A stretch of DNA of 64,000 nt from the NCBI GenBank assembly GCA_965202585.1, contig OZ241834.1, positions 248,001-312,000 on the forward strand. The letters are read 5' to 3'. A program made the translations under genes and the position numbers. The DNA is from Thalia democratica. Its lineage: Eukaryota. Numbering within the stretch: the first letter of the stretch is position 1; the number at the start of each line of letters is the position of its first letter. The notes beneath the pieces were generated by a model. The model had not been told where the DNA came from. It worked only from the letters and a program-made list of their open reading frames with translations, and searched no databases. Positions 62,520-64,000 of the stretch are shown piece after piece.

Positions 62520-64000
62520 AATGAAAATATACTGTTAGAAAGCCGAAACCTTTAGAAAAATTTTGAGATATTTTTTAGCTATGAGCGACCAAACACGGGT
62601 AAACGGCGGGAGTAAAAATTTCGTACCAATTAAAAATTATAAACTATTTTTATGAAGTTTATAAAATCAAATTTACATTTAAAAGTACTTACAATTTTCT
62701 TGAGATGCATTTACGCTTTTATTCATATCTCCTGAATACGAATTTCTCGGTAAATGAAATTATACTATTGGAAAGCTGAAACCTTTAGAAACATTTTAAG
62801 ACATTTCTTAGCTTTGAGCGACCAAACACTAGTAAACGGCAGTGGTAAAAATTTTGTAATAATTAAAGCTCATAAACTATTTTAATGAAGTTTATAAAAA
62901 CAAATTAACATTTATAATTACTTACAACTTTCTTAAAATGAATTTACATTTCTACTATATCTCCTTAATGCAATTTCTCGGTTAGTGAAAATATACTGTT
63001 AAAAAGCTGAAACCATAAGAAACATTTTAACATTTTTCTTAGCTATCAGCGACCAAACACGGGTAAACGGCGGGAGTAAAAATTTCGTAGTAATTGAGGC
63101 TTATAAACTATTTTAATAAAGTTTCTAAAATCAAATTAACAGTTTAATGTACTTACAATTTTCTTGAGATGCACTTACGTTTTTCTAATATCTCCTGAAT
63201 GTAAATTTATCGGTCAATGAAAATATACTGTTAGAAAGCCGAAACCTATAGAAACATTTTTAGATATTTCTTAGCTATGAGCGACCAAACATGGGTAAAC
63301 GGCGGGAGTAAAAATTTCGTACCAATTGAAACTTATGAACTATTTTAATGAAGTTTATAAAAACAAATTAACATTTCAAAGTACTTACAATTTTCTTGAG
63401 ATGCATTTACGTTTTTACTTATATCTCCTGAATGCGAAATTCTCAGTAAATAAAAACATACTGTTATAAAGCTAAAACGTTTAGAAAAATTTTGAGATAT
63501 TTCAAGCTATGACCGACTAAACAAGGGTAAACTGCGGGAGTAAAAAAATCGTACCAATCAAATATCTTAAACTATTGAATAAAGTTTATAATTCAATATT
63601 AACAGTTTAAAGTTTTTACAAAATTGTTGAGATGCATTTACGTTTTCTAATATTTCCTGAATGCAAGTTTCTCGGTAAAAGAAAATATACAGTTAGAAAG
63701 CTGAAACCTTTAGAAACATTTTGAGATATTTCTTAGCTATGAGCGACCTAACACAAGTAAACGGTAAGAGTAAAAATTTGGTACCATTTGATTATTTTAA
63801 ACTATTTTAATGAAGTTTATAAAATCTATTTTACATTTTAAATTGCTTACAATTTTCTTGAGATGCATTTACGTTTTTCTAATATTTCCTGAATGTGAAT
63901 TTCTCTGTCAACGAAAATATACTGTTAGAAAGCTGAAACTTTTAGAAACATTTTGATATATTTCTTAGCTATGTGTGACCAAACACAGGTAAACGGCGGG
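62520..64000. repeat. ~232-bp satellite, right block (about 6.4 monomers, continues beyond the window)
   Basis: Anchors at 62591, 62824, 63055, 63287, 63519, 63750 and 63981 (spacing 231-233 bp); a homogeneous subtype shared with 56500-57347. Confidence 0.97.

Noticed and set aside
62581-62600. CENP-B-box-like motif in the satellite (GCGACCAAACACGGG)
   Set aside because: It lacks the TTCG start and the CG-to-CGGG spacing is one base longer than TTCGNNNNANNCGGG.
50110-64000. CRISPR-like array
   Set aside because: Whole ~232-bp units are homologous with no unique spacers, there are no cas genes, and the context is eukaryotic; this is a satellite.

Overview
Very AT-rich eukaryotic (invertebrate-animal-like) genomic DNA dominated by transposable elements and a satellite array; no prokaryotic features. 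The centrepiece is a recently inserted (LTRs about 99% identical, perfect TSD) 13.7-kb Ty3/gypsy (Metaviridae) endogenous-retrovirus-like element at 33984-47667. Its layout is LTR - gag (ATG inside the LTR) - in-frame TAA - pol (PR-RT-RH-IN followed by a SECOND complete aspartic-protease domain) - 2-kb spacer - a ~606-codon envelope glycoprotein of class III-fusogen (gB/chuvirus-G-like) appearance with an upstream splice acceptor - a small, very acidic extra ORF - LTR. This copy is disabled by two pol frameshifts and a stop in env. Also present: three Penelope-like remnants; two copies of a second gypsy family with ~104-bp LTRs, one with its 5' LTR+gag inverted and sitting in the satellite; a C2H2 zinc-finger exon and a decayed tandem paralogue; hAT-type and foldback non-autonomous elements; tRNA-derived heads; a minimal type I hammerhead ribozyme with both catalytic guanines mutated; and a ~232-bp satellite with local higher-order structure running off the right end. 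All family assignments are by motif recognition only; no searches were run.
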